Part shown: positions 10,106 through 19,997 of the stretch, in pieces | Numbering within the stretch: position 1 is the first letter of the stretch | How the letters are laid out: every line of letters starts with the position of its first letter | Source: an uncultured Hyphomicrobiales bacterium | GTDB lineage: Bacteria > Bacteroidota > Ignavibacteria > Kapaibacteriales > UBA2268 | Reading direction: 5' to 3' | Assembly (NCBI GenBank): GCA_964462685.1 | Contig: CAYWYR010000016.1 | Location: forward strand, 14,174-78,173 | Length of the DNA: 64,000 nt | The notes under the pieces: model-generated | Database searches by the model: none | Told to the model about the DNA's origin: nothing | Seen by the model: only the letters and a program-made list of their open reading frames with translations | Translations under genes and position numbers: made by a program

Positions 10106-11146
10106 TTATTGATCCAGAACAACGTCAACACTTATTCTGTGAATAAGGCCGAGGCTTTCCGTCAGATCCATACTGTAATCTAAAGCGGCAGTAAAGTTAC
10201 CTGTAAAGTAATTAATACCTACACCCCAAGATAAGCCAAGTTGGCTGTGGTTGAAAAGGTATCCCGCTCTTGCGAAAAACATTTCATCATAGGCGTACTC
10301 CGCACCGATGGCACCCTGTTCAGGGCTATCTGCATAGGTGATAAAATCAGCTTCAGCGGAAACGGAGTGAACATCTTCAGACCATACTTCAGCACCTACT
10401 CCAGCCCTGAATGTAAGAGGCATAGAATAAGGGCTTGTAATTAAACCCGCATCATTCGGAGCTCTCCGATCACCTTCGATCAGTGAGACTGTAGTATTAA
10501 GGTCTGTACCTTCGTACTGAGTCTGGCCGCCGAGATTGTGAATGGAGAATCCTATCTTTAGCCCGTAAAGCTGAGTATCGTATTGTGTACCAACATCAAA
10601 CACGATATTATTAGCACGCAATTCGGCAAAGCTATTGCTCACCATTTTACCAGTAATACCAAAAGCGAACTGCTCTGTCAGGTATCCGGCAAAAGTAAGA
10701 CCGAACGACATATCCGCTATGCTATATGTAGCTCCTGTTCCGTTGTCATCGATCAGCGTAGTGATGGGAATTCCAGTCGCGCCGAAAGTATTAAAATGAC
10801 CCGCTACAACAAACTGGTCGCTAATTGCATAAGAGGCAGCAGCGAAATTATGACCGAAATCGCCAAAGTAAGGAGATGTAGCAGCATAAGCTGAAACGCC
10901 TTCTACTTGTGCAACCCCTGCAGGGTTCCAGTGTATAGATGAAAGATCATTAGTAAGGGCGCCATTAGCTCCAGCCATACCTGCACCACGAGCACCCACC
11001 CCTATTTTAAGGAAGCCGCTTCCGGCTCCACCAACTTTTACGAAATCTTCAGGATTAGAAGAACCCCTAGGTCGTGTTACATCTTCTGCAGTAGCCGTTG
11101 ACGCAGCAAAAGCAACCGCAAAAGCAATCAATATATATTTCTTCAT
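10106..11146 (-). CDS. PorV/PorQ family outer-membrane beta-barrel
   Basis: Signal peptide; FLKIGVGARGAGMAGA and SIHWNPAG motifs; alternating beta-strands; GAEY...ARAGY. Confidence 0.88.
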   Translation of the reverse strand: MKKYILIAFAVAFAASTATAEDVTRPRGSSNPEDFVKVGGAGSGFLKIGVGARGAGMAGANGALTNDLSSIHWNPAGVAQVEGVSAYAATSPYFGDFGHNFAAASYAISDQFVVAGHFNTFGATGIPITTLIDDNGTGATYSIADMSFGLTFAGYLTEQFAFGITGKMVSNSFAELRANNIVFDVGTQYDTQLYGLKIGFSIHNLGGQTQYEGTDLNTTVSLIEGDRRAPNDAGLITSPYSMPLTFRAGVGAEVWSEDVHSVSAEADFITYADSPEQGAIGAEYAYDEMFFARAGYLFNHSQLGLSWGVGINYFTGNFTAALDYSMDLTESLGLIHRISVDVVLDQ

Positions 11147-11225
11147 AGTTATTTTACTTTTTATATCGGCTATTGGCTGATCAGGTAGTTACCAGACCAG
11201 CCATAGACGAAAGGTTCTTTAACAA

Positions 11226-14200
11226 TTAATCCTGAACGATTCTGAAACTACCTACAACAAGCGAGAACGTTTTGAGAGTCTCAGCACCATCCGGTGTGTA
11301 GATTCTCGCAACTAAGCTCTGGCTCTGTACCCTGAGACCGCTATCGGTAAGTAGATCCCATACAGCAACTGACTCTCTATCAGCTTCTAGCGATAGCTCA
11401 TCGTGCTGTATCTCTCTTACAAGTTCACCTGTTACAGTGTAGATTTCAATAGTACATACTGGAGGAAGTTTAGTGAAGTGAATCCTAGCATCATAAGGTG
11501 ATACCTGAGCCTGGTGTGTAATGTAATAAGGATTAGGAACTACATTTACACCATCCATCATACCATCAGTGTAGCTTTGCGGGCCAGTAGGGCTATCTGA
11601 AGGAACGCCGCCCCTAACTACATAAGTTAAAGTAGCACCATCATAAGGAAGCCCTTGAACGCCACCTTTTATGTTAAACACAAGTTCATCACCAGCACCC
11701 AAGTCGTTACCGAACCTTTTCAGGCCGTTTACAATATACTTATCTCCATCCTGTTCGAATCCATATAATAACTGATTTGGCGCTCCAGGATCGAAATCAC
11801 CAACATCAAGTGTATCATATAAACTTCTTATAGGTCTTCTTAAAGTTGGGTTACCAGGCTGGAATCTACCAATATTTGGATAATCGGTATAGAACTGTGC
11901 ACCAGAAATATTTATTACATTAACAAAATCTATAGTTGTGGTACCATCGGTACTTGTAGCAGATTTGAGATATCGGCCTTGAAAACCAGAATAACTACTA
12001 TCTTGTGTTGAAACGTTTTCAGGAGGAACAGCAAATGACCAATCCGCAACAATCGGATTAATCTGTTGCTCTCTCACATTCGCCCACGCATAACTCGTTA
12101 TATTAAAGTTCCCGATAAATTCTTCAGGATCTCTACCAGCTTCATAAAGATTGATTGGTGAAGGGTATGGAACACCAAATTCATCATCTTCTGGTCCGGT
12201 TGCAAACTCACCTATTCTATTAGTAGGTAATTCTATATGTTCCATAGGTAAGGCTATGTCAACTACAACAGAATCATCAATACCATCAGATGGCCTTTTG
12301 TATTCTGTAAGGTTCACCATACTTACTTCGTGATAAGGTACATTGAATGTCTTAGTCTCCCTTGAGGTAGGTCTTCCAAACTCAAATTCTACTTGCATAG
12401 TCTGCTCTTCTCCAAGAGTCATTCTGTAAGTTCCAGGCCCGTTGTTAAATGTTGCAAATACAGGTTGCGAGTTAGGAACAACTTCTGTTGCTATGATTCG
12501 GTTTTCATTATCGAACTGAAAAATTCTTCCTGGGAATGCTCCGAAAGCTTCTTCGCCAACCTGTTGAGTAGTATTAGTTATCGCAGGGTTAGGAATAGTA
12601 GAAGTAGATTCGATATCCCACGGCTGTATTCTTGTAGTTATAGGATCGTCAGATATAACTTCAATTGTAGAGTCAGGTCTGAAGATACCGCCGAACTGCC
12701 TTAAGTAATAATTAAACTCAAAACTTAAAGTACCGAGTCCTTTCTGTGTCCATCTGCCAGAGTATATAGATATCTGATCACGGAAGTTCCCAGTAGAGAA
12801 CTGCCCGCCTTTAATTATTACTGCTTCTGATCTAGGAGTTCCAATATCATCACGGCTAACAGTATCACCAGTAGTAACATCAGTCTCAATAATCACTGTA
12901 TCTGCCAATACTAATGAGAAAGTATTCTCTGTTGGCAAGTTAAAGTTATTATACTCTCCTAATCTACCTTCAAACAAGAAGTTACTCTCAAAAAGAGGCT
13001 CGTCATCGGTAAGATTATCTATCTGTATGTTAGTGGTATAAAGCCCATAGCTTCTGTCTTCAACTACGTTTTGACCGTTTGTGTACTGAACTTCTGTTAG
13101 GGAAGGTACAGAGCTAAAACGTACTTGAATCGTATCACCAACGAATAATTGCTGTGCTCTATCTTCATCAACAGCAAACAAGTCAAAGCTGTTTAGCGAT
13201 CCCAAAAGAGAAGTATCAGCAGCTATAAGATCAAAACTTAACCTTTGGCCAACGGCTGCTGGTTTAGGGATAATCTCAACAACGTTAGGGCTACCTACCT
13301 GCTGTCCTGAATTAAGTTTTCTTTCTGAACCGGAGTTAACGTGACCTTCATCATAAGCAAGTACTCTGTAATAATAAGGTACTTGATTTATGATTTTTTC
13401 AGTTCTGCGTACATCACTACTTAGCTCTACCTGGTTATCACCATCATCATCACCGATATCGATAAATGTTCTATCATTGGTGATCTCAGTCATGTAAGGT
13501 ACTATTACCTCTACTTTCACCCTCTCGCTACCAGAGAAATCCGGGAAATCAAGCGTTGCTGCTGCAGAACCTTGCTCTAGTGCGCTATAAATAGTATCTA
13601 GAGTTTCCTGTATTCTTTCAAAATTTGAGAAGCGCATCACGTTTGCTATTTCCTGTTCTGTCTTAGGGTATCTGACTGTAACATAGAAGTTTCCAGTAGG
13701 GGTCGCCTCAATTCTTTCTAATCTTACTACCGTTACATCTTCACCTAAAGCAGGATCGTAGTAAGTGATTGTGTCTGTGATACTATCGATATCTACTTCA
13801 GGAGTAAATGAATTCATATCAGCAATAAATGCTAAGTTAGCTGTAGCAACCTCGTAAAAGTCTTTTTCATAAAGATAGCATTCTTCTCCATCTCTACCTC
13901 CAACATTAGGATCATTCTCCCATCGTGGATCATCGCAGTCTATTGTAATCTTATTTGTATCAACTTCATTTGTAGCATCATCCCTAGTATAAACTATCGT
14001 ATCTACTAGTTCAGTTATATATACAAATCCATCCTCAGGCCATGATTCAAACTCTTCTTGTGATACTGTTTTAGTAACTAAGTTGTAATAAAGAGGGTTG
14101 AATCGAACTATGGAAGGCTTTAGATCCACGACACCTAGCAATGCATCTTGCATGATTTCAAGTTGGGCATCAGCAGTATTGTCTGGATTGATAACATCGC

Positions 14201-16415
14201 TCGGATCTACCGATGAACCAAAAGGCTCCGGACCTTCCATATCATGGAATATATCGAACCACGGATTAAAGGTTGAATCCATAGCAAAGATCTGAGGAAT
14301 ATATTTTTGATTATTCGCAAGCTGCTGGCTCGTAGGAACCTGATAAGACCTTGTTGGGAATCTCATCACAGTAAGCTTTGTCTGATCCAACTCATTTGTT
14401 TCAGGGTTGAGATATGGACCAACTATTCTAATTGAATCTTGGAAACTGAATGATGAAGGATCGCCGCCGGCCACAGTATATTCTGTTGACTTAACGAATG
14501 GGAAAGGAAGCTGATAACGCTGTATCTCTTTCCAACCCTGAAGACTCGCACCAGAAGTAAGCCCCTGATCACCAGGTACAATCTGAGATAGACTGAAGGT
14601 ATCTTGGTCAGTTCTTCTGGCTCTATATATTGCATAGCCCAAGAAATCCAGGCCTCTTTCTTCTTGATCTTCTGATAATTCCGAAGTATTATCCCAAACT
14701 ATCTTAGCAGCGTTATTAAGGCCACGGCTAGCTTCTACAGTTCCGATTGGTTGTCCATCAGGATCGAAAATAGTATCTATTCCAGATATATTCTCCTCTC
14801 TCATACGAGACTGATCCGGAGGAAGAGGTGCACGGAAGTTGTTGTCGTAAACCGATTGCATAAACTCATCGATAGCGACAAGCTCACATATATCATCAGG
14901 TTCACCAGTAGCTTCACCGCCAGAGCACGTATTGGCCAAACATATACCGACAACAACCCTTACAGAATCGCCTGGGCGCATATTGAAGGGCCCGGTTACC
15001 ATCATAAATCGCTTGTCGCCAGGTCCGTTATCTGTCTCGAGTACACCTTCCGATAGGAAGTTATATCGTGCTTCGTCTGTTCTTCTATCTTCATCGATAT
15101 TCCAGTTCTGGAAAGTTCTAAGGCCGAGCTGTTCTTCATTCGGGTAGAATGGTCTATCCTTACGAACCATATTGTTCTCGGGTCTCTCTAAAATCCTAGT
15201 TTCTGTAGAAAAACCGATTGTATCACCATTCTGGTCGATTTGAGGCAAAATAAGTTCTTCTGTTCTTAGTATAGTGGCAGGTGATTCCAGGAAGTCAAAA
15301 CCGAGATAACCAAAACCAAAACCTTGCTCACCACGGTCGCCATCTGACCATTGGAAGGCTAGGTTATACGTTGAATCCTCGCCAGCTGCGCTACCATAAT
15401 AGCGAACCCTATCATTTGCAGCACCTGCTGCCGATAGTGGTTTTCTCGCAACATCGACATCCATAATCGGGGCCATGAAGCAGTCGTAAAGTGTATCTGC
15501 CGGAAGTCCGTCCCTTCTGAACTCAGATACGTTAACGAAATTATATTTTACGAATATGAAGTCTTGATATAGGCCGAAACCCCAAGAGTATATAGTAATT
15601 TCAGTCTGTAGGTATAGTGGATAACCAAGACCAGCCGCCGCTACACCAAGGTCATGGGCAGTTAAGTCAGTATCCTTGAATGTCGCGAAGATATCCTCAC
15701 CTGAAATGTATGCAGGTCCCCTTGGGTATGTATTGGTATTTCTGGCTTGGACATCATCAACATAGAAACCAAAATAACGAGAGTACTTCAAGGTATCTTC
15801 AGGATCATCTGAAGTATCCCATATAGGCCAGTTAGGCCCGTCAGTTCCAGAGAAAGGACGACCGTTCTGGTCATAGTCAGTTGAGAAATATGTTCTGTAC
15901 TTTAGTCGTTGGTTAGGGTCAACACCCAAACCGTCAATAACGTTACCCGGTACCATGAACGAGCGAGCATTAAGCGGGTTATAAGTTACCGCACAATATT
16001 TACCCATTGAATCTCTATCGGGTACTAAGAATATAGTATCAATAGTTACACCGTCTGGCTCTCTGGATTCAAATACCTTGTAGGCTCTTCTTTCAGTGGG
16101 GAATTTACGGGCACCGAGCCAGCAACCACCACCAAATATATATTGGTTAGGCGTACCGCGAGGCCAAACACCCCCACCGATATTATTTTCTACATCGTAT
16201 CCAAAAATGCCGTAGTTAGTTGTAGGGAACTCAATGTTCGATACAGTATTATACTGCACATCATAAGTACCAGTAATTTCCCTCTGTGCCTTATCCTCTA
16301 GTATCCGCTCTTTTACCTCTTCATCATCCCTATGGATATCGGCAAAAAGCGAACCCACACCAAAAACCGACAGCAGACAAACCGCTAACAGCTTTATGTC
16401 GATAAAATTTTTCAT
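11226..16415 (-). CDS. Large (1729 aa) acidic secreted protein with T9SS-like C-terminal sorting domain
   Basis: Signal peptide; GDKRFMMVTGPFNMRPGDS and YYYRVLAYD motifs; C-terminal VNVVPNPY...IHFTKLP..CTIEIYTVTGELVREI.H...WDL. Confidence 0.75.
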   Translation of the reverse strand: MKNFIDIKLLAVCLLSVFGVGSLFADIHRDDEEVKERILEDKAQREITGTYDVQYNTVSNIEFPTTNYGIFGYDVENNIGGGVWPRGTPNQYIFGGGCWLGARKFPTERRAYKVFESREPDGVTIDTIFLVPDRDSMGKYCAVTYNPLNARSFMVPGNVIDGLGVDPNQRLKYRTYFSTDYDQNGRPFSGTDGPNWPIWDTSDDPEDTLKYSRYFGFYVDDVQARNTNTYPRGPAYISGEDIFATFKDTDLTAHDLGVAAAGLGYPLYLQTEITIYSWGFGLYQDFIFVKYNFVNVSEFRRDGLPADTLYDCFMAPIMDVDVARKPLSAAGAANDRVRYYGSAAGEDSTYNLAFQWSDGDRGEQGFGFGYLGFDFLESPATILRTEELILPQIDQNGDTIGFSTETRILERPENNMVRKDRPFYPNEEQLGLRTFQNWNIDEDRRTDEARYNFLSEGVLETDNGPGDKRFMMVTGPFNMRPGDSVRVVVGICLANTCSGGEATGEPDDICELVAIDEFMQSVYDNNFRAPLPPDQSRMREENISGIDTIFDPDGQPIGTVEASRGLNNAAKIVWDNTSELSEDQEERGLDFLGYAIYRARRTDQDTFSLSQIVPGDQGLTSGASLQGWKEIQRYQLPFPFVKSTEYTVAGGDPSSFSFQDSIRIVGPYLNPETNELDQTKLTVMRFPTRSYQVPTSQQLANNQKYIPQIFAMDSTFNPWFDIFHDMEGPEPFGSSVDPSDVINPDNTADAQLEIMQDALLGVVDLKPSIVRFNPLYYNLVTKTVSQEEFESWPEDGFVYITELVDTIVYTRDDATNEVDTNKITIDCDDPRWENDPNVGGRDGEECYLYEKDFYEVATANLAFIADMNSFTPEVDIDSITDTITYYDPALGEDVTVVRLERIEATPTGNFYVTVRYPKTEQEIANVMRFSNFERIQETLDTIYSALEQGSAAATLDFPDFSGSERVKVEVIVPYMTEITNDRTFIDIGDDDGDNQVELSSDVRRTEKIINQVPYYYRVLAYDEGHVNSGSERKLNSGQQVGSPNVVEIIPKPAAVGQRLSFDLIAADTSLLGSLNSFDLFAVDEDRAQQLFVGDTIQVRFSSVPSLTEVQYTNGQNVVEDRSYGLYTTNIQIDNLTDDEPLFESNFLFEGRLGEYNNFNLPTENTFSLVLADTVIIETDVTTGDTVSRDDIGTPRSEAVIIKGGQFSTGNFRDQISIYSGRWTQKGLGTLSFEFNYYLRQFGGIFRPDSTIEVISDDPITTRIQPWDIESTSTIPNPAITNTTQQVGEEAFGAFPGRIFQFDNENRIIATEVVPNSQPVFATFNNGPGTYRMTLGEEQTMQVEFEFGRPTSRETKTFNVPYHEVSMVNLTEYKRPSDGIDDSVVVDIALPMEHIELPTNRIGEFATGPEDDEFGVPYPSPINLYEAGRDPEEFIGNFNITSYAWANVREQQINPIVADWSFAVPPENVSTQDSSYSGFQGRYLKSATSTDGTTTIDFVNVINISGAQFYTDYPNIGRFQPGNPTLRRPIRSLYDTLDVGDFDPGAPNQLLYGFEQDGDKYIVNGLKRFGNDLGAGDELVFNIKGGVQGLPYDGATLTYVVRGGVPSDSPTGPQSYTDGMMDGVNVVPNPYYITHQAQVSPYDARIHFTKLPPVCTIEIYTVTGELVREIQHDELSLEADRESVAVWDLLTDSGLRVQSQSLVARIYTPDGAETLKTFSLVVGSFRIVQD

Positions 16416-16451
16416 AATTAACCTTTCTTTATTTCTTAACTGTCGTTTTTT

Positions 16452-19400
16452 TTAGAACTGTATGTTCACGCCGAAAAATACCTGGCGTGGTGTCTGAAAG
16501 TTGTTTCTGAAGCTCAGTAAGTCCTCAGCATATCCTATGAATGCATCGTATAATTCTTGTTGTGTAACTATCTGGTCGCCGTTGGCGTCCGCGTTAGCAT
16601 TGTAAATCCTGTTACCGAAGTCATCGTATTGTGAAGTTGCTCTTGATCTTGAAATACCAGGAACAGAGCTAGCGTAGAACGGCCCTTCTGGGAACTGACC
16701 TACACGAGTTTCCAGCAAAATACCGTTGTCCAGTGGGTCTCCGGTAGCAGAGTTAAGAGCTACAGGAACGTTCCTATCAAGTATATTGGTAATATCAACA
16801 TACAGGTTCATCTGTGTATTACCCATTGACTCACCGAATAGATCTCTAAGCAAGAAGCCTTTCTGTAGTCTTGAGTTGATCGTCCATTGGCTTGGGTTAC
16901 GCTCAGCGTTTATCTCGCCTATAGGTTGGCCATCTATATCTGTTCTTGTATATGGAGTACCGCTTGCATAAATACCGGTAAAGTTAATAGTTGAGTTTTC
17001 TAGGATAGGAATACCAGCGATAGTCGGCCCTTCATCGTCCCTTAATACAAAGTCAATGATCGCATTCACTCTGTGGCGAACGTCCCTGTTGAGAGGATAA
17101 TCACTTAGAGGGAATGGGAATTCCTGCGTATAGATATCACGCTCTTTACCACGGTTTGTAGTGATACCGTCAGAAGTACCTCGTATCTGAGAGAACGTGT
17201 AGTTAACTCTCATACCGATCGGATCATCGATCGGGTTTTTTCTTATCTCAAGCTCTAGACCTTGGTTAACACCATACTCTGCGATTTCAGTCTGCTCAAC
17301 TGGCGTAGGAGCAGCAGGGATAAACACAATACCAAGCTGGTTGTAGATATCCTTATAATAAGTAGTGGCTGTTACCGCGAAATCTTTAGTAAGCTGGCTA
17401 TTGTATGATACCTCGAAAGAGTTGGTTCTCTGTGGTTCTAGATTTGGGTTACCTACTAGAGGCGAACCGCCGGCAGCATTCAGATCGGCACGGTTGAAAC
17501 CGTCATACATCCATACTAGCTGTGGCATTTGATAATATACACCGTAGTTTAAAGAGATATTCGAAGCGTCAGTCAATGGATAAGCGATATTGATTCTCGG
17601 AGCAAGCATTGTTTTGATTGTCGCGTCGTTGAAGTACTCCTCATCATCGATAAATACTATAGAGCGGAAGTTAAGTGGTTGCTCTTCGTAGTTCCTGAAT
17701 CGGGCTTGAGGATCGAAAAGGTCGAACCTAAGGCCAGGAGTGAAGATGATACCTTTGTACTGTATCTGATCCTGCAAGAAAGCAGCGAATCTGTAAGGCT
17801 CGAAAGGTCTTTCCAGTGTAGGTGATACGTCTTCGAAAATACCAGCATCCTGATCAATCGGCTGTGGTGCAACATATATATTACCACCCCACTGGTCTGT
17901 GTACATATCCACAACGCCATTGGCTGTCCAAGGTGATCCAACATTTAGCCTGTGCATCACGTTGTATCTGAACTCGAACCCACCTCTTAGATTATGGCGG
18001 AAGCTATCGGTTTCAAATAGATTGGTATAGTTACCTTTTACCTCATAGTAAGTACCGTCACGGAAGGAGAAACCTTGAGAGCCGTGCTCGATAAATCTGT
18101 TTGGTAGGCCATAAGGGTTATCTGTAGATGAGTTGTTACCTGGGCCTTCGATATATCCTGATATCGGGTTGATTGCAGGAAGCGTACCTGTTCTCAGACC
18201 ATCAGCATATAGCTGGTCAGTTTTTTCTGATAACTCGTAGAAGTCGATAAGCCTGTTCGGTCCACCATCGGTACCTATAGGAGTTCTTTCATTTGCGCCA
18301 TAAGCCTGGCCCTGAACTACGTTTACGTTATCTACCGGCTCAAGTATATCGAAGCCAGTGAAAAAATTAGGATCAGGATTAGTAGGATCAGCCCGGCGAC
18401 CTGTATAGGTACTGTTCGAACTTGTACCAACGGTTATATCGAAAAACTGAGTATTATCGATCACATAGTTGAATCTTGCCCAAGCATCTGTAAATACTGT
18501 GTTGGTCACGTTCTGCTTAGCAAGCCACTCAGGCACTCCGTTTAGGGTTCCGTCGGGATTAACACCTTCGCTTTCTGCATAATACCAAGCTTGGCTATTT
18601 CCTTCAAGATTTGTTAGTCCCCAAGTAGCACCAACTTTAACTTCTAGTTTATCAGTTACTTTGAATCTCAATCGCGGCGTTACGTTTTTTACCCATGACT
18701 GATTTCCTTCAAGCCTGCCAAGATTATTACCCGCAGGATCATATATCTCAAAACTATTACTTCTGAATTCTTCAAATAGGTTATTCGTACTTACATAGAA
18801 AGTAGAACCTTCAAGAAAAGGTAGTGGTCCGCCAAATCCAGCCTCTATCCTGTTAGAGTTAGGGCCTTGTAGCTGGTTTCCGTCAGGTGTATCTTCGAAA
18901 CCGAGGATATTTCCATCTCTTACAAGTCTTAGCCCGTTGTCTTGTGAGCCGTATAAAACAGGCACATCAGTTCTGTAACTCACAAAACCCTCGTAGCCAT
19001 TTGTACGGCCAACTTTAGATACTGTGTTTACAACGCCACCCATATTGTTTCCGTACTCTGCGGATTGCCCACCTTGGATAACCTGTACAGAAGATGTTGC
19101 AAGTGCCGAAGCTTGAGGGAAGTATGCCGCACCCGCTCCACCGAGATCACCAGTAAACTGGTCACCGATATCGCGGCCATCCAGCTGAACGAGTGACTCA
19201 TTGGCCCTAGAACCCCTGATCTGGAATCCAGCGCCAGTATTCTGCACACCTCTTGATAGCCCAACCATTGCAAACGCTGTAGCGACAGGCACACGTTGCA
19301 TTTCCTCGTTGGTTATCTCTGTCTGGGAGCCAATCTCCTCGTTATCAACCATTTCAGCATCGGCAACAACTACTATCTCTGTAGCAGTTTTATCGGTATT

Positions 19401-19703
19401 GAGTTTGATATCTATATTGGTAGTTTTATCGGCACTAATATTAACACCGGCTACTTTTGTGTCGTTATACTCGGGGCCGCCGGCTATAAGACTATATTGG
19501 CCAGCCTCTATATTAGATATGATGTAAGTACCGTCAACTTTTGTCCTAGCCCCTAGAGATGTACCTTCAACCCTTACGGTTGCGGGGTAAGCGGGCTCAC
19601 CGTTTACAGTTACTTTACCTCTGACTATACCTTTGGTCCCGGCCATCATGTTGAGCGGCACCATAAGCACACCGAGCAGCAATATTGTATACAATCTTAG
19701 CAT
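16452..19703 (-). CDS. TonB-dependent receptor with N-terminal carboxypeptidase-regulatory-like domain
   Basis: Plug motifs FQIRGSR and GGQSAEYGN..GGVVN; GNPNLEPQRT.SFE; ends PRQVFFGVNIQF. Confidence 0.92.
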   Translation of the reverse strand: MLRLYTILLLGVLMVPLNMMAGTKGIVRGKVTVNGEPAYPATVRVEGTSLGARTKVDGTYIISNIEAGQYSLIAGGPEYNDTKVAGVNISADKTTNIDIKLNTDKTATEIVVVADAEMVDNEEIGSQTEITNEEMQRVPVATAFAMVGLSRGVQNTGAGFQIRGSRANESLVQLDGRDIGDQFTGDLGGAGAAYFPQASALATSSVQVIQGGQSAEYGNNMGGVVNTVSKVGRTNGYEGFVSYRTDVPVLYGSQDNGLRLVRDGNILGFEDTPDGNQLQGPNSNRIEAGFGGPLPFLEGSTFYVSTNNLFEEFRSNSFEIYDPAGNNLGRLEGNQSWVKNVTPRLRFKVTDKLEVKVGATWGLTNLEGNSQAWYYAESEGVNPDGTLNGVPEWLAKQNVTNTVFTDAWARFNYVIDNTQFFDITVGTSSNSTYTGRRADPTNPDPNFFTGFDILEPVDNVNVVQGQAYGANERTPIGTDGGPNRLIDFYELSEKTDQLYADGLRTGTLPAINPISGYIEGPGNNSSTDNPYGLPNRFIEHGSQGFSFRDGTYYEVKGNYTNLFETDSFRHNLRGGFEFRYNVMHRLNVGSPWTANGVVDMYTDQWGGNIYVAPQPIDQDAGIFEDVSPTLERPFEPYRFAAFLQDQIQYKGIIFTPGLRFDLFDPQARFRNYEEQPLNFRSIVFIDDEEYFNDATIKTMLAPRINIAYPLTDASNISLNYGVYYQMPQLVWMYDGFNRADLNAAGGSPLVGNPNLEPQRTNSFEVSYNSQLTKDFAVTATTYYKDIYNQLGIVFIPAAPTPVEQTEIAEYGVNQGLELEIRKNPIDDPIGMRVNYTFSQIRGTSDGITTNRGKERDIYTQEFPFPLSDYPLNRDVRHRVNAIIDFVLRDDEGPTIAGIPILENSTINFTGIYASGTPYTRTDIDGQPIGEINAERNPSQWTINSRLQKGFLLRDLFGESMGNTQMNLYVDITNILDRNVPVALNSATGDPLDNGILLETRVGQFPEGPFYASSVPGISRSRATSQYDDFGNRIYNANADANGDQIVTQQELYDAFIGYAEDLLSFRNNFQTPRQVFFGVNIQF

Positions 19704-19768
19704 GGATTAACTCCAGTTTGAATATATCTTTGAAACTTTGTCTTGAATAAGAGAGCAACTATATAGGT

Positions 19769-19796
19769 AGTCACAACGAAATGGAATTTGGTTACA
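19769..19796 (-). promoter_or_regulatory. Putative ECF sigma promoter of the TBDR operon
   Basis: TGTAACC-N17-GACT on the minus strand, about 66 nt upstream of the ATG. Confidence 0.65.
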
Positions 19797-19808
19797 AATT
19801 GTAAGTCC

Positions 19809-19816
19809 CAAATATA
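19809..19816 (-). promoter_or_regulatory. TAnnTTTG-type housekeeping promoter element upstream of the TBDR
   Basis: TATATTTG on the minus strand. Confidence 0.45.
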
Positions 19817-19997
19817 CAATTTTTTTGGGCATTGTTAATGAATGTTAACACAATAACCAATACAACCGTCCATTAATCCCGTTATTTTCCAATAATCACG
19901 TATTCTTTTTCTGAAATCTGTTTATTCTATGGTATAAGTTATCCACCACCCGCTCTTAATCGAGTATGCCAGTATTTTATATTCTTTCAATAATACT

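Noticed and set aside
11170-11205. Stem-loop TGGCTG...CAGCCA between the giant gene and porV
   Set aside because: No T-tract; at most an mRNA-stabilising hairpin.
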